Below, piece after piece: positions 56,519-64,000 of a stretch of 64,000 nt of DNA (its first letter is position 1; each line of letters begins with the position of its first letter). The notes beneath the pieces were generated by a model. The model worked only from the letters and a program-made list of their open reading frames with translations, was not told the origin of the DNA and made no database searches. Position numbers and translations under genes: made by a program. This stretch comes from a virus (taxonomy: Duplodnaviria > Heunggongvirae > Uroviricota > Caudoviricetes), in IMG/VR virus record IMGVR_UViG_3300020045_006153, positions 243,550 to 307,549 of that record; one strand, given 5' to 3'.

Positions 56519-56893
56519 ATGACAACACTTAGCAATTTGCCCAAACCAAAATCAACATCAAATTCTGATGCTACGTTGAAAGTATTCAATCAATATTTTG
56601 ATCTTCCTATTGAATTAAATAATACTGAACTAGTTGCAATGACTGGGTTTTTTGCTGCACGAGGGTTTGATGAAGTTGCTGCCGAATCTACAGCAATTAC
56701 TATATTAACACAAGCAAAGAAAGATAATTTTAGTGGTATGCAAGTTATGGACACATTATCTGGTCTTGATACAGTGAGTATTAGTAATCTAGTTGCAGAA
56801 ATATTAAATTTTAATAGATTTAAAACTAGTATAATCGGAGTTACACAATTAAGCACTCCTTCTGCAGAAGTAATTCGGAATATAGTTGCATGA
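56519..56893 (+). CDS. Hypothetical late protein
   Basis: Tightly packed ORF between neighbours; ATGA overlap with gp4. Confidence 0.7.
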   Translation: MTTLSNLPKPKSTSNSDATLKVFNQYFDLPIELNNTELVAMTGFFAARGFDEVAAESTAITILTQAKKDNFSGMQVMDTLSGLDTVSISNLVAEILNFNRFKTSIIGVTQLSTPSAEVIRNIVA

Positions 56894-57327
56894 GTTTAAA
56901 ATTTAGTCAAGGTAACTATACAGTTAAGAATCCTGAGAAATATATCGGCCTAGGAGTTCCGCGATATCGTTCATCTTGGGAACTTTCTGTTATGCGTATG
57001 TGCGATGAAAATCCTGCAATTAATCAATGGGCTAGCGAAAGCGTAAAGATTCCGTATAAGGACCCATTGACTGGTAAAGCAACTGTATATGTTCCAGATT
57101 TTCTTGTAGTGTTTATTGATAAAAATCAAAAGAAACGTGCTGAACTTTGGGAGATTAAGCCTGCTAATCAAGCATTCAAAGAAAACGTCGGCAAGAATAA
57201 GTATAATCAAGCACAGTTTATTCGTAATCAGATAAAATGGGCAGCGGCTCAAAATTGGTGCAAACAAAATAATGTCCAATTTAGAATTATAACGGAGAGA
57301 GATCTCTATCATACAGGCAAGAAATAA
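56890..57327 (+). CDS. gp4: Head completion nuclease (TnsA-like PD-(D/E)xK)
   Basis: NPEKYIG, YRSSWE, WASE, YVPDF, EIKP, KWAAA, FRIITE. Confidence 0.9.
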   Translation: MSLKFSQGNYTVKNPEKYIGLGVPRYRSSWELSVMRMCDENPAINQWASESVKIPYKDPLTGKATVYVPDFLVVFIDKNQKKRAELWEIKPANQAFKENVGKNKYNQAQFIRNQIKWAAAQNWCKQNNVQFRIITERDLYHTGKK

Positions 57328-57800
57328 TGACAAAACGATTAGAAGAGATTTTAAATATTGAACCAATTACTGAGAAAATAATTCTTCCAGTAGATGCTCC
57401 TCAATTGAAACCTATTAATTTACAAGATAAGTTAGAAGAATTTGATAAAATTGCAGCCGCCCTGCCGCGTGTTAAAGGCCTTGGGGATATGGCTGACGAC
57501 GAACTCGATACACTTGCAAAAAAAGCAGAACAAGCATACGACGATCTTATGGATTTAGGAATGAATGTTGAAGCAAAATACGGTTCAAGGATGTTCGAAG
57601 TTGCAGCAAGTATGATGGGCCAGGCAATTGCTGCAAAGAGTGCGAAAATAGATAAAAAACTTAAGATGGTAGAATTACAACTTAAAAAACTTGCGATTGA
57701 TAAGAAAAACGGTACAACCGACGAGAATGAAGTGCAAGGAGAAGGGTATATTCTTACTGATCGTAACAGCATACTTGAAAAACTTCGCAACTTGAAATAA
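57327..57800 (+). CDS. gp16: Terminase small subunit
   Basis: AYDDLMDL..SRMFEVA helical pattern; lies upstream of gp17. Confidence 0.65.
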   Translation: MTKRLEEILNIEPITEKIILPVDAPQLKPINLQDKLEEFDKIAAALPRVKGLGDMADDELDTLAKKAEQAYDDLMDLGMNVEAKYGSRMFEVAASMMGQAIAAKSAKIDKKLKMVELQLKKLAIDKKNGTTDENEVQGEGYILTDRNSILEKLRNLK

Positions 57801-57823
57801 ATAAAGCATAGGATATTAACATC

Positions 57824-58417
57824 ATGAACAAACAGTTTAAAGACTACTTAACAGAAAGTGCAAAAAAATACGAGTTCCGTATTAAAATTGCTGGCCCTGT
57901 TACATCTGAACAAGAAAAAACAATGGAAGCATTGTTAGGAAAATTTCAAGTTTCTGGATTTAAAAAAGCCGGAGTTACTCCAATACAGGAATTGCCTTTA
58001 GATTTTCCTAAAATTAAAAATTCCGAAGTACACATTTACGAAGTTACTTTAGATTATCCAAGTACACAATGGGAACTACACGAATATCTTTGCTCAAATT
58101 CAAATATTGCAAAAGAATCGTTAGTAGTACGTCGCCCTGGCGAACCATTAGAAGAATATCAAAAACCTGTTGAAAAGCGAGAAGGTGCGTTGTTAACAGA
58201 TAGCGAATACAAAGAATCTCCAAATGCAAATATGGACGATTATTATGGTGACAAATATAACACCGGATTTGTAAAAGAATTAAACGATATTTTAAAATTA
58301 CAACGTAAAGCACAAGGACAGGTAATTCCTGAAACGGCTGATGTAAAATATAGCACTGATGCTGCTATTAATTCCTCTAGTTTGCTAAAGCAAGCACAAA
58401 ATCCAAGAAAGAAATAA
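57824..58417 (+). CDS. Hypothetical late protein with capsid-targeting-like N-terminus
   Basis: TAAATA 57798; N-terminus MNKQFKDYLTES. Confidence 0.7.
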   Translation: MNKQFKDYLTESAKKYEFRIKIAGPVTSEQEKTMEALLGKFQVSGFKKAGVTPIQELPLDFPKIKNSEVHIYEVTLDYPSTQWELHEYLCSNSNIAKESLVVRRPGEPLEEYQKPVEKREGALLTDSEYKESPNANMDDYYGDKYNTGFVKELNDILKLQRKAQGQVIPETADVKYSTDAAINSSSLLKQAQNPRKK

Positions 58418-58418
58418 T

Positions 58419-60065
58419 ATGAACATGATTAATTTAATGCAACGTCTTGCAGAATTAGACGCAAAAAATCCTAAAATTGTTAAAGAGGCCGCATGGGAAT
58501 CTCCTGAAGAAAAAGATGAAATTGCAAAACATACTCAAAATTTTAAAACAGCACATGCATCAGGTGATACAGCAGGCATGGAACAACATCGTAAAGCAGT
58601 ACAAGTTGCCCGCGAAAAAGCAAGAGTAGCAGCCGGCCCGCGCGACTACAAGTCTGGTGGACCACCAGAGGGCTGGCCATTAGATGAAAATACTCCAGGG
58701 CGCATTAAATATGACGAAATGCGAAATAAGATTGTTAACGTAATTATTAAATTATATGATCAACCAGGCGCAACAGCAGAAACTATTAAACAGATGGGGG
58801 ATCGTGTTGCAACTCACTTAGGTTATGATCCTGAAGATCCTATTTTTCAAGATGCATGGATTGAGTCATTTACTGATGCAGATTTATCTGGTGCGTTTGA
58901 TAAAGAGCCAGAAGATGATTATACTGATTACAGCATGCGTCAAGGCGAAAGAGGCAATCCGGATCAACGAGATAGATGGAACGGCGATGAACAAGGCGAC
59001 GACATGTACGAAACAAAAGGAAATCAAATGGAAAATTTAAATTTAGCAAGTCTAAGAATGCTATCAGGCATTAAAACAAAAATGAAAGAATGTGGTATTC
59101 CTATGTTAGGCGGCATGTCGGGTCAGTCGAGTATTCCTGCAAGTATTACTGCAACTGCTGGATCTGGCCGCGAACTTAGTGATATGCTTAAGGACATTAT
59201 GTCATTAGCGGGTGTTAAGCCGGTTACTCAAAATGATATGCCTATTGAACCAACTGCAACTTCGACGCCTGTAGCAAAAGTTGGCCAACCTGATATGAAA
59301 GATTTAATGGCAATGGTTACTGACGAGCCGGACGCAGAAATCGATGGGATGAATGACGGTGATGATTTTAGTCAAGACAATGAACCCGAAGATGAAAGTT
59401 TAAGCGGTTCTATTGCAGGCGGCACAATTGGTGCAGCAGCAGGTGGACCAATCGGTGCAAAAATTGGATCAGAGATCGGTGATGAATTAACTGACGAAGA
59501 CTGGACAATGGATAACGATGTCGAAATGACAGGCAAGATTGAAATTAACCATGGCAACCGCCCGTATGATAATAGTCCAAGCGAGAAAATGGGGCAAGAC
59601 GGAGTTCGCCAATTTGGTGATATGGGGGCCGGCGGAACAGGCGATAGAATGGACGGCAATGCTCCTAAAGCACAAGCAACTGATATGGCAGAATCGTTAT
59701 TTGCACAGTATAAGAAATTTGTTGCAGAAGCAGGTCCTGATAAGAAAGATGTTCCAGCATGGAAACGTAAGGAAAAAGGCGGTGATTGGAAAGTTTCTAA
59801 ATCTGATTTAGAAAAAGAAAAAGATAGTCGTATTAGTGATCCTAAAACACTTGCAAAGAATAGTGGTAAGAAAGTAGATGAAGCGGCTGATAAACGTGCA
59901 GCAATTCAGGCTAAGTTAGATAACGCAAAAGCAAAAGCAGAAGCAAATAGGAAAGCCGGTGGTAGATTATACCCAATTGAAGATACTGATGCAGAAATTA
60001 AAAAGCATACAGCGGCACTAAAGGCATTAGGCGAAAGTAAAAAATCGACACAAGGTAAACTATAA
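58419..60065 (+). CDS. Acidic, modular putative internal head protein
   Basis: Many hydrophobic-x-E sites (VKE, LDE, MYE, MKE, MAE, VAE, VDE, LGE) and two L[AS]G[IV]K motifs. Confidence 0.6.
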   Translation: MNMINLMQRLAELDAKNPKIVKEAAWESPEEKDEIAKHTQNFKTAHASGDTAGMEQHRKAVQVAREKARVAAGPRDYKSGGPPEGWPLDENTPGRIKYDEMRNKIVNVIIKLYDQPGATAETIKQMGDRVATHLGYDPEDPIFQDAWIESFTDADLSGAFDKEPEDDYTDYSMRQGERGNPDQRDRWNGDEQGDDMYETKGNQMENLNLASLRMLSGIKTKMKECGIPMLGGMSGQSSIPASITATAGSGRELSDMLKDIMSLAGVKPVTQNDMPIEPTATSTPVAKVGQPDMKDLMAMVTDEPDAEIDGMNDGDDFSQDNEPEDESLSGSIAGGTIGAAAGGPIGAKIGSEIGDELTDEDWTMDNDVEMTGKIEINHGNRPYDNSPSEKMGQDGVRQFGDMGAGGTGDRMDGNAPKAQATDMAESLFAQYKKFVAEAGPDKKDVPAWKRKEKGGDWKVSKSDLEKEKDSRISDPKTLAKNSGKKVDEAADKRAAIQAKLDNAKAKAEANRKAGGRLYPIEDTDAEIKKHTAALKALGESKKSTQGKL

Positions 60066-60081
60066 GTAGGTTTACTATCAG

Positions 60082-60107
60082 ATAGCCTCTTCGGAGGCTA
60101 TTCTTTT
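60082..60107 (+). terminator. Intrinsic terminator with C(UUCG)G loop
   Basis: ATAGCCTC-TTCG-GAGGCTAT-TCTTTT. Confidence 0.85.
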
Positions 60108-60121
60108 CTGTAAATAACAAT

Positions 60122-61711
60122 ATGGCAACAAGATCACTCGATGGCAATTTAATAAAAAAAGCCAATATTAACTATCGCTGGACAGCACAGCAAGTTGAAG
60201 ATTTAGCAAAATGTCAGGATCCCGAAACAGGACCTGCGTATTTTCTTGAAAACTTTTTCTTTATTCAGCATCCTACTAAGGGTAAAATTCAATATCAAGC
60301 GTTTGATTATCAAAAGGATTTACTAGACAGTTACCATACAAATCGTTTTAGTGTAAACATGCTAGGACGTCAGATGGGTAAAACGACCACTGCGGTAGGT
60401 TACTTGTTATGGTATGCAATGTTTGTAGATGATAGTACGATCCTAATTGCAGCGCACAAATATACAGGCGCTCAGGAAATTATGCAACGTTTACGTTATG
60501 GATATGAAACATGCCCGGATCATATTCGTGCTGGTGTGACTGAATATAATAAGCAAAGTTTAACATTCGAAAACGGATCGCGTATTGTTGCACAAACAAC
60601 AACAGAAACAACTGGACGGGGTATGTCTGTTTCTATGTTATATTGTGACGAGTTTGCATACGTAGAACCAAATATTGCAGTTGAATTCTGGACTTCTATA
60701 TCGCCGACACTTGCAACTGGTGGTAAAGCAATTATTACATCTACTCCAAACAGTGACGAAGATCAATTTGCTCAAATTTGGAATGAAGCAAACAAAAGAT
60801 TTGACGAACATGGAAATTCCACACACTTAGGCAAAAACGGATTTCATCCATTTATTGCAGTATGGAGTCAACATCCAGATCGTGACGAAGAATGGGCAAA
60901 CGCAGAACGTAGTCGTGTCGGTGTTGAACGTTTTGAACGTGAACACGAATGTAAATTCTTAATCTTTGATGAAACTCTTATTAATGCTATAAGTTTGTCG
61001 GATTTAGAAGGTGACGAACCTATTATGAAAATGGGGCAAGCACGTTGGTATAAAAAAATTAACCCTTTATCAACTTATATCGTTAGTCTTGATCCATCGT
61101 TAGGCACCGGCGGCGACTATTCTGCAATACAAATCCTCGAAATTCCTTCAATGGAACAAGTATGTGAATGGCATCATAATATGACTCCTGTACAAGCGCA
61201 AGCTCGTATTCTTCGAGATTTATTAAAACAAATTGATATGAAATGTTCTGATGCAGGGGTAACTCCTAGTATATATTACTCTGTGGAAAATAATACAATT
61301 GGTGAAGCAGCATTAGTTGCAATTAACGAGTTAGGGGAAGAAACATTGCCTGGCTTATTTCTAAGCGAACCAATTAAGAAAGGACATGTACGTAGATTCC
61401 GCAAGGGATTTAATACTACGCATGCGGCTAAAATTAGTGCTTGTGCAAAATTAAAACAACTAATTGAAACCCATAGTTTAAAGATACATAGTAAGTCGCT
61501 AGTAAGTGAACTTAAGACTTTTGTTGCAAATGGCCTTACATATAAAGCCAAAACCGGGCAGCATGATGATTTAGTTGCTAGTTTATTACTTGCAATTCGT
61601 ATGATTATGATGTTACAAGATTGGGATCCGAGCATTTACGATAAAATGAGAGATCACACCGGGTTAGAAGAGCACGATTTACCGTTGCCTATATACTTTA
61701 GTTCTTATTAA
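60122..61711 (+). CDS. gp17: Terminase large subunit
   Basis: RQMGKTT, GRGMS, LYCDEFA, ITSTPN, LDPSLG, VENN, HDDLV; no intein or intron seen. Confidence 0.97.
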   Translation: MATRSLDGNLIKKANINYRWTAQQVEDLAKCQDPETGPAYFLENFFFIQHPTKGKIQYQAFDYQKDLLDSYHTNRFSVNMLGRQMGKTTTAVGYLLWYAMFVDDSTILIAAHKYTGAQEIMQRLRYGYETCPDHIRAGVTEYNKQSLTFENGSRIVAQTTTETTGRGMSVSMLYCDEFAYVEPNIAVEFWTSISPTLATGGKAIITSTPNSDEDQFAQIWNEANKRFDEHGNSTHLGKNGFHPFIAVWSQHPDRDEEWANAERSRVGVERFEREHECKFLIFDETLINAISLSDLEGDEPIMKMGQARWYKKINPLSTYIVSLDPSLGTGGDYSAIQILEIPSMEQVCEWHHNMTPVQAQARILRDLLKQIDMKCSDAGVTPSIYYSVENNTIGEAALVAINELGEETLPGLFLSEPIKKGHVRRFRKGFNTTHAAKISACAKLKQLIETHSLKIHSKSLVSELKTFVANGLTYKAKTGQHDDLVASLLLAIRMIMMLQDWDPSIYDKMRDHTGLEEHDLPLPIYFSSY

Positions 61712-61723
61712 TATAAATACAGA

Positions 61724-63856
61724 ATGATGAACGCAATTGAACTTATTTCCCAAGACCTGTTTGATAAAGTTAGAAGCCGTTATTCAAACCTAGAAATGGG
61801 CGACGAAGATGGAAATTCTACTTCAGATCCTAGAGGCGCAAGATTTTTTGATTTTGATTATACAATCGAAGGTAACAACTTAGGCCGTGTAAGCATTTCA
61901 ATTAATGAACGTGGAGCATTAAAAGTATTTTATGGACAAGGCATATTAGAAGATGCTGATCCTATTACACAAGAAATGTGGTTTAATTTTTTAAAAGAAA
62001 TGCGTAATTTTGCTAAACGTAGACTATTGCGATTCGACACACGCGATATTACTAAAGCAAATCTAGATAAAACCGATTTTCAATATCTCGCCTCAACTGG
62101 CTCTAAGGAAGACACTATGTCAGAAAATAAAATGTTTGGTAGCAGCAAAAGTAGTTACTTACCAATGGAAAAAACAAAATTAATCATTCGCCATAATAAA
62201 GCAGTTGATGAAGAACAGCGTGGCGCTCGCAGCCGCGGCAATAATATTAGTTCGATTTATATTGAAAATGCAGAAGGTGAACGTTTTAAATATCCGTATG
62301 TACATTTAGCAGGGGGCAAGGCTATGCAACGTCACGTTGCTAACGGTGGCCGCCCGTATGATGAGCATGGCCAAGCAATCATTAAGATGAGTGAACAAAT
62401 TGCTCAATTAACTGCATTTAAGCGGCACGTTGGTCACCATGATTCAATGCACAATGAAGCAAATGATATTATGGAGAAAGCATCAGTAAAGTTAGAAACA
62501 TTACGTGGGCACATTAACAATTTAAGTAAGCAAGGGCATTACCAAGCATGGAAAGAGTCGTTTGCTTCAAATGGTGAAGCAGAAGAAATGGTAATGGATC
62601 AGGCTACTATGGAAAATTACAAAAGTAAGTTTACAGTTAGCACATTTTCAGAAGATTTAACTCAATATTTTCCATTAATTTATTCTATCATGCATGAGGC
62701 CGGCGATGTAGATTTAGATGATTATGTAGGTGAAAGTGGTCACGGCGCCGAATGTAAAAAATGCAATTGTGATCCATGTGAATGCAATAAAAAGAAAGTT
62801 GACGAATTTGCATCATTTGAATCATGGGCAAATGCATTAGCAGAAGGAACAATCGGACCTGATACTATTGCTGCATTAAAAGAATTACTAGGTAATGAAA
62901 AATTTACTTTAGGAGTTGATGGTACAAGTGCAATCGAAGCACTCGAAGGCATTGGAATTACTGATAATGAATTAAATGATGCACTAATCAAACTAGCAAC
63001 ACTTAACCCTAAAGCAGATCCTATTCCTACTATTAGCGCATGGATTACTACAGTTGATCCAGCAGCAGCGCAGCAATTAGGATTAGATCAAGATCAAGCA
63101 ACTGCTGAAGAACCAGCAGAGGATATGGCCGATAGTCAAGAACAGCGCCCAGAGCCTAGCATACGCGAGATTGCTGAAATGGTAAAATCATTTTATGATA
63201 GAGAAACTGGTAATTTTCCATTAGGCGAAACTGGTGTTATTACTAAGATTAAGAAAGAATTAGGCGATAGAGCAGGAGCATTGGCCGAGAGATTAGTACA
63301 ACATTTAGCAGCACAATCTGGGCAACAATCTAATGATCACGAAGTTGAAGAAAGCGGACCTTGGGACCATGTTGAATATGCACCCGGCGACCGCGCAAGA
63401 TTATCACCAGATGATATCAATAGACAAAATAGAGCAGGTTCCCCAGACAATTCTAAAGTTCCTATGATACGTGATAAACACGGTCGAATGATACCTGATC
63501 CATTTGCAGCAAAGAAAGCAGCAATGGCACATGGTCGCGTAGGGCAATATGAAGGAGCAGTTAACGAAATGTCTCCTGAGAAATTAGGCAAATATGTTAA
63601 CAAAGCACAATGGCAACATGATTCATTAGAACGCAGAAATGCAATGAGCACTAAGAATCCAGGCCCTGGCAGTCTTGGAAAGTTCTCTAAGAATGAGAAA
63701 AAGCAAATGAAACGTAAATCTGGAATTGAACAGGCTAAGAATAAAATTGCAAATAAGGTATCTGAATCAGTTGACACAACTAAGGCTGCATTAACTGAAA
63801 GCATTGATAATAAATTGTTTAACGACATAATGAAGTTATCCGGATTAAAGAAATAA
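61724..63856 (+). CDS. Large hypothetical late protein, putative head-associated
   Basis: TATAAATA 61712-61719 with ATG 4 nt later; C-terminal DIMKLSGLKK resembles the gp22 C-terminus. Confidence 0.7.
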   Translation: MMNAIELISQDLFDKVRSRYSNLEMGDEDGNSTSDPRGARFFDFDYTIEGNNLGRVSISINERGALKVFYGQGILEDADPITQEMWFNFLKEMRNFAKRRLLRFDTRDITKANLDKTDFQYLASTGSKEDTMSENKMFGSSKSSYLPMEKTKLIIRHNKAVDEEQRGARSRGNNISSIYIENAEGERFKYPYVHLAGGKAMQRHVANGGRPYDEHGQAIIKMSEQIAQLTAFKRHVGHHDSMHNEANDIMEKASVKLETLRGHINNLSKQGHYQAWKESFASNGEAEEMVMDQATMENYKSKFTVSTFSEDLTQYFPLIYSIMHEAGDVDLDDYVGESGHGAECKKCNCDPCECNKKKVDEFASFESWANALAEGTIGPDTIAALKELLGNEKFTLGVDGTSAIEALEGIGITDNELNDALIKLATLNPKADPIPTISAWITTVDPAAAQQLGLDQDQATAEEPAEDMADSQEQRPEPSIREIAEMVKSFYDRETGNFPLGETGVITKIKKELGDRAGALAERLVQHLAAQSGQQSNDHEVEESGPWDHVEYAPGDRARLSPDDINRQNRAGSPDNSKVPMIRDKHGRMIPDPFAAKKAAMAHGRVGQYEGAVNEMSPEKLGKYVNKAQWQHDSLERRNAMSTKNPGPGSLGKFSKNEKKQMKRKSGIEQAKNKIANKVSESVDTTKAALTESIDNKLFNDIMKLSGLKK

Positions 63857-63893
63857 TCGGCTAAACGACTCCTATAATTAGCAGCCATTTATG

Positions 63894-63940
63894 TTGCGAT
63901 GATAAATAAAACTGTGCATAATAATGTTATGCACAGTTTT
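63894..63940 (+). promoter_or_regulatory. Overlapping sigma70-like and late promoters with a perfect 14-bp inverted repeat
   Basis: TTGCGA-17-CATAAT (63894-63922), TAAATA 63903-63908, AAAACTGTGCATAA-TAATG-TTATGCACAGTTTT; SD AAGGA at the window end. Confidence 0.55.
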
Positions 63941-64000
63941 TCTTTTAGTCAGTTGGCTTTAAGAGAGCGGCACATAAAATTAAATTATTAAGGAAAATCA

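Noticed and set aside
56890-57327. TnsA-like nuclease as evidence of a Tn7 transposon
   Set aside because: Motifs and position match the T4 gp4 head completion protein; no tnsB/tnsC or transposon ends.
60122-61711. Intein or intron in terminase, portal or capsid genes
   Set aside because: Lengths and motif spacing are normal; no intein terminal motifs or frame breaks.
1-64000. Alternative genetic code (stop codon reassignment)
   Set aside because: Core genes are full length and densely packed under the standard code; TAA, TGA and TAG all act as stops.
1-64000. tRNA genes
   Set aside because: No cloverleaf with a T-loop GTTCRA and acceptor stem seen in any intergenic region.

Overview
The window is a fragment of a large, AT-rich T4-superfamily (myovirus-type) phage genome in the standard genetic code; no host DNA, tRNA or CRISPR array is evident. 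From left to right it holds: late sigma factor gp55 (truncated by the window start), gp47/gp46 recombination nuclease, a histone H1-like Hc1 gene and a small GIY-YIG nuclease; a ~460-nt highly structured non-coding element; a gp26/gp51-like chaperone pair joined by a -1 slippery site; a tape measure protein with a lysozyme domain; the head module (portal, core protein, protease, scaffold, major capsid protein); an ~18 kb fibre/appendage block with proline-free collagen-like repeats, Cys-rich beta-roll repeats, lectin-like proteins and a Gly-rich adhesin; a ~9 kb glycan-tailoring cluster (GT9-like, carbamoyltransferase, GmhB, sulfotransferase, several glycosyltransferases, APS kinase, DUF2061, Nudix); neck, sheath and tube genes, gp4, the terminase subunits and putative internal head proteins. 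Two related free-standing HNH endonucleases are inserted in the late genes. Late promoters have a TAAATA core and many appear to yield leaderless mRNAs. The best candidates for undescribed biology are (1) the large pseudoknotted non-coding element next to the GIY-YIG gene, (2) a phage-encoded pathway that may put sulfated/carbamoylated glycans on Ser/Thr-rich collagen-like fibres, (3) the -1 frameshift in the T4-like baseplate/tail chaperone, and (4) a scaffold-like L[AS]G[LIV]K motif that may target proteins into the head. All protein calls rest on motif recognition and gene order, not database searches.
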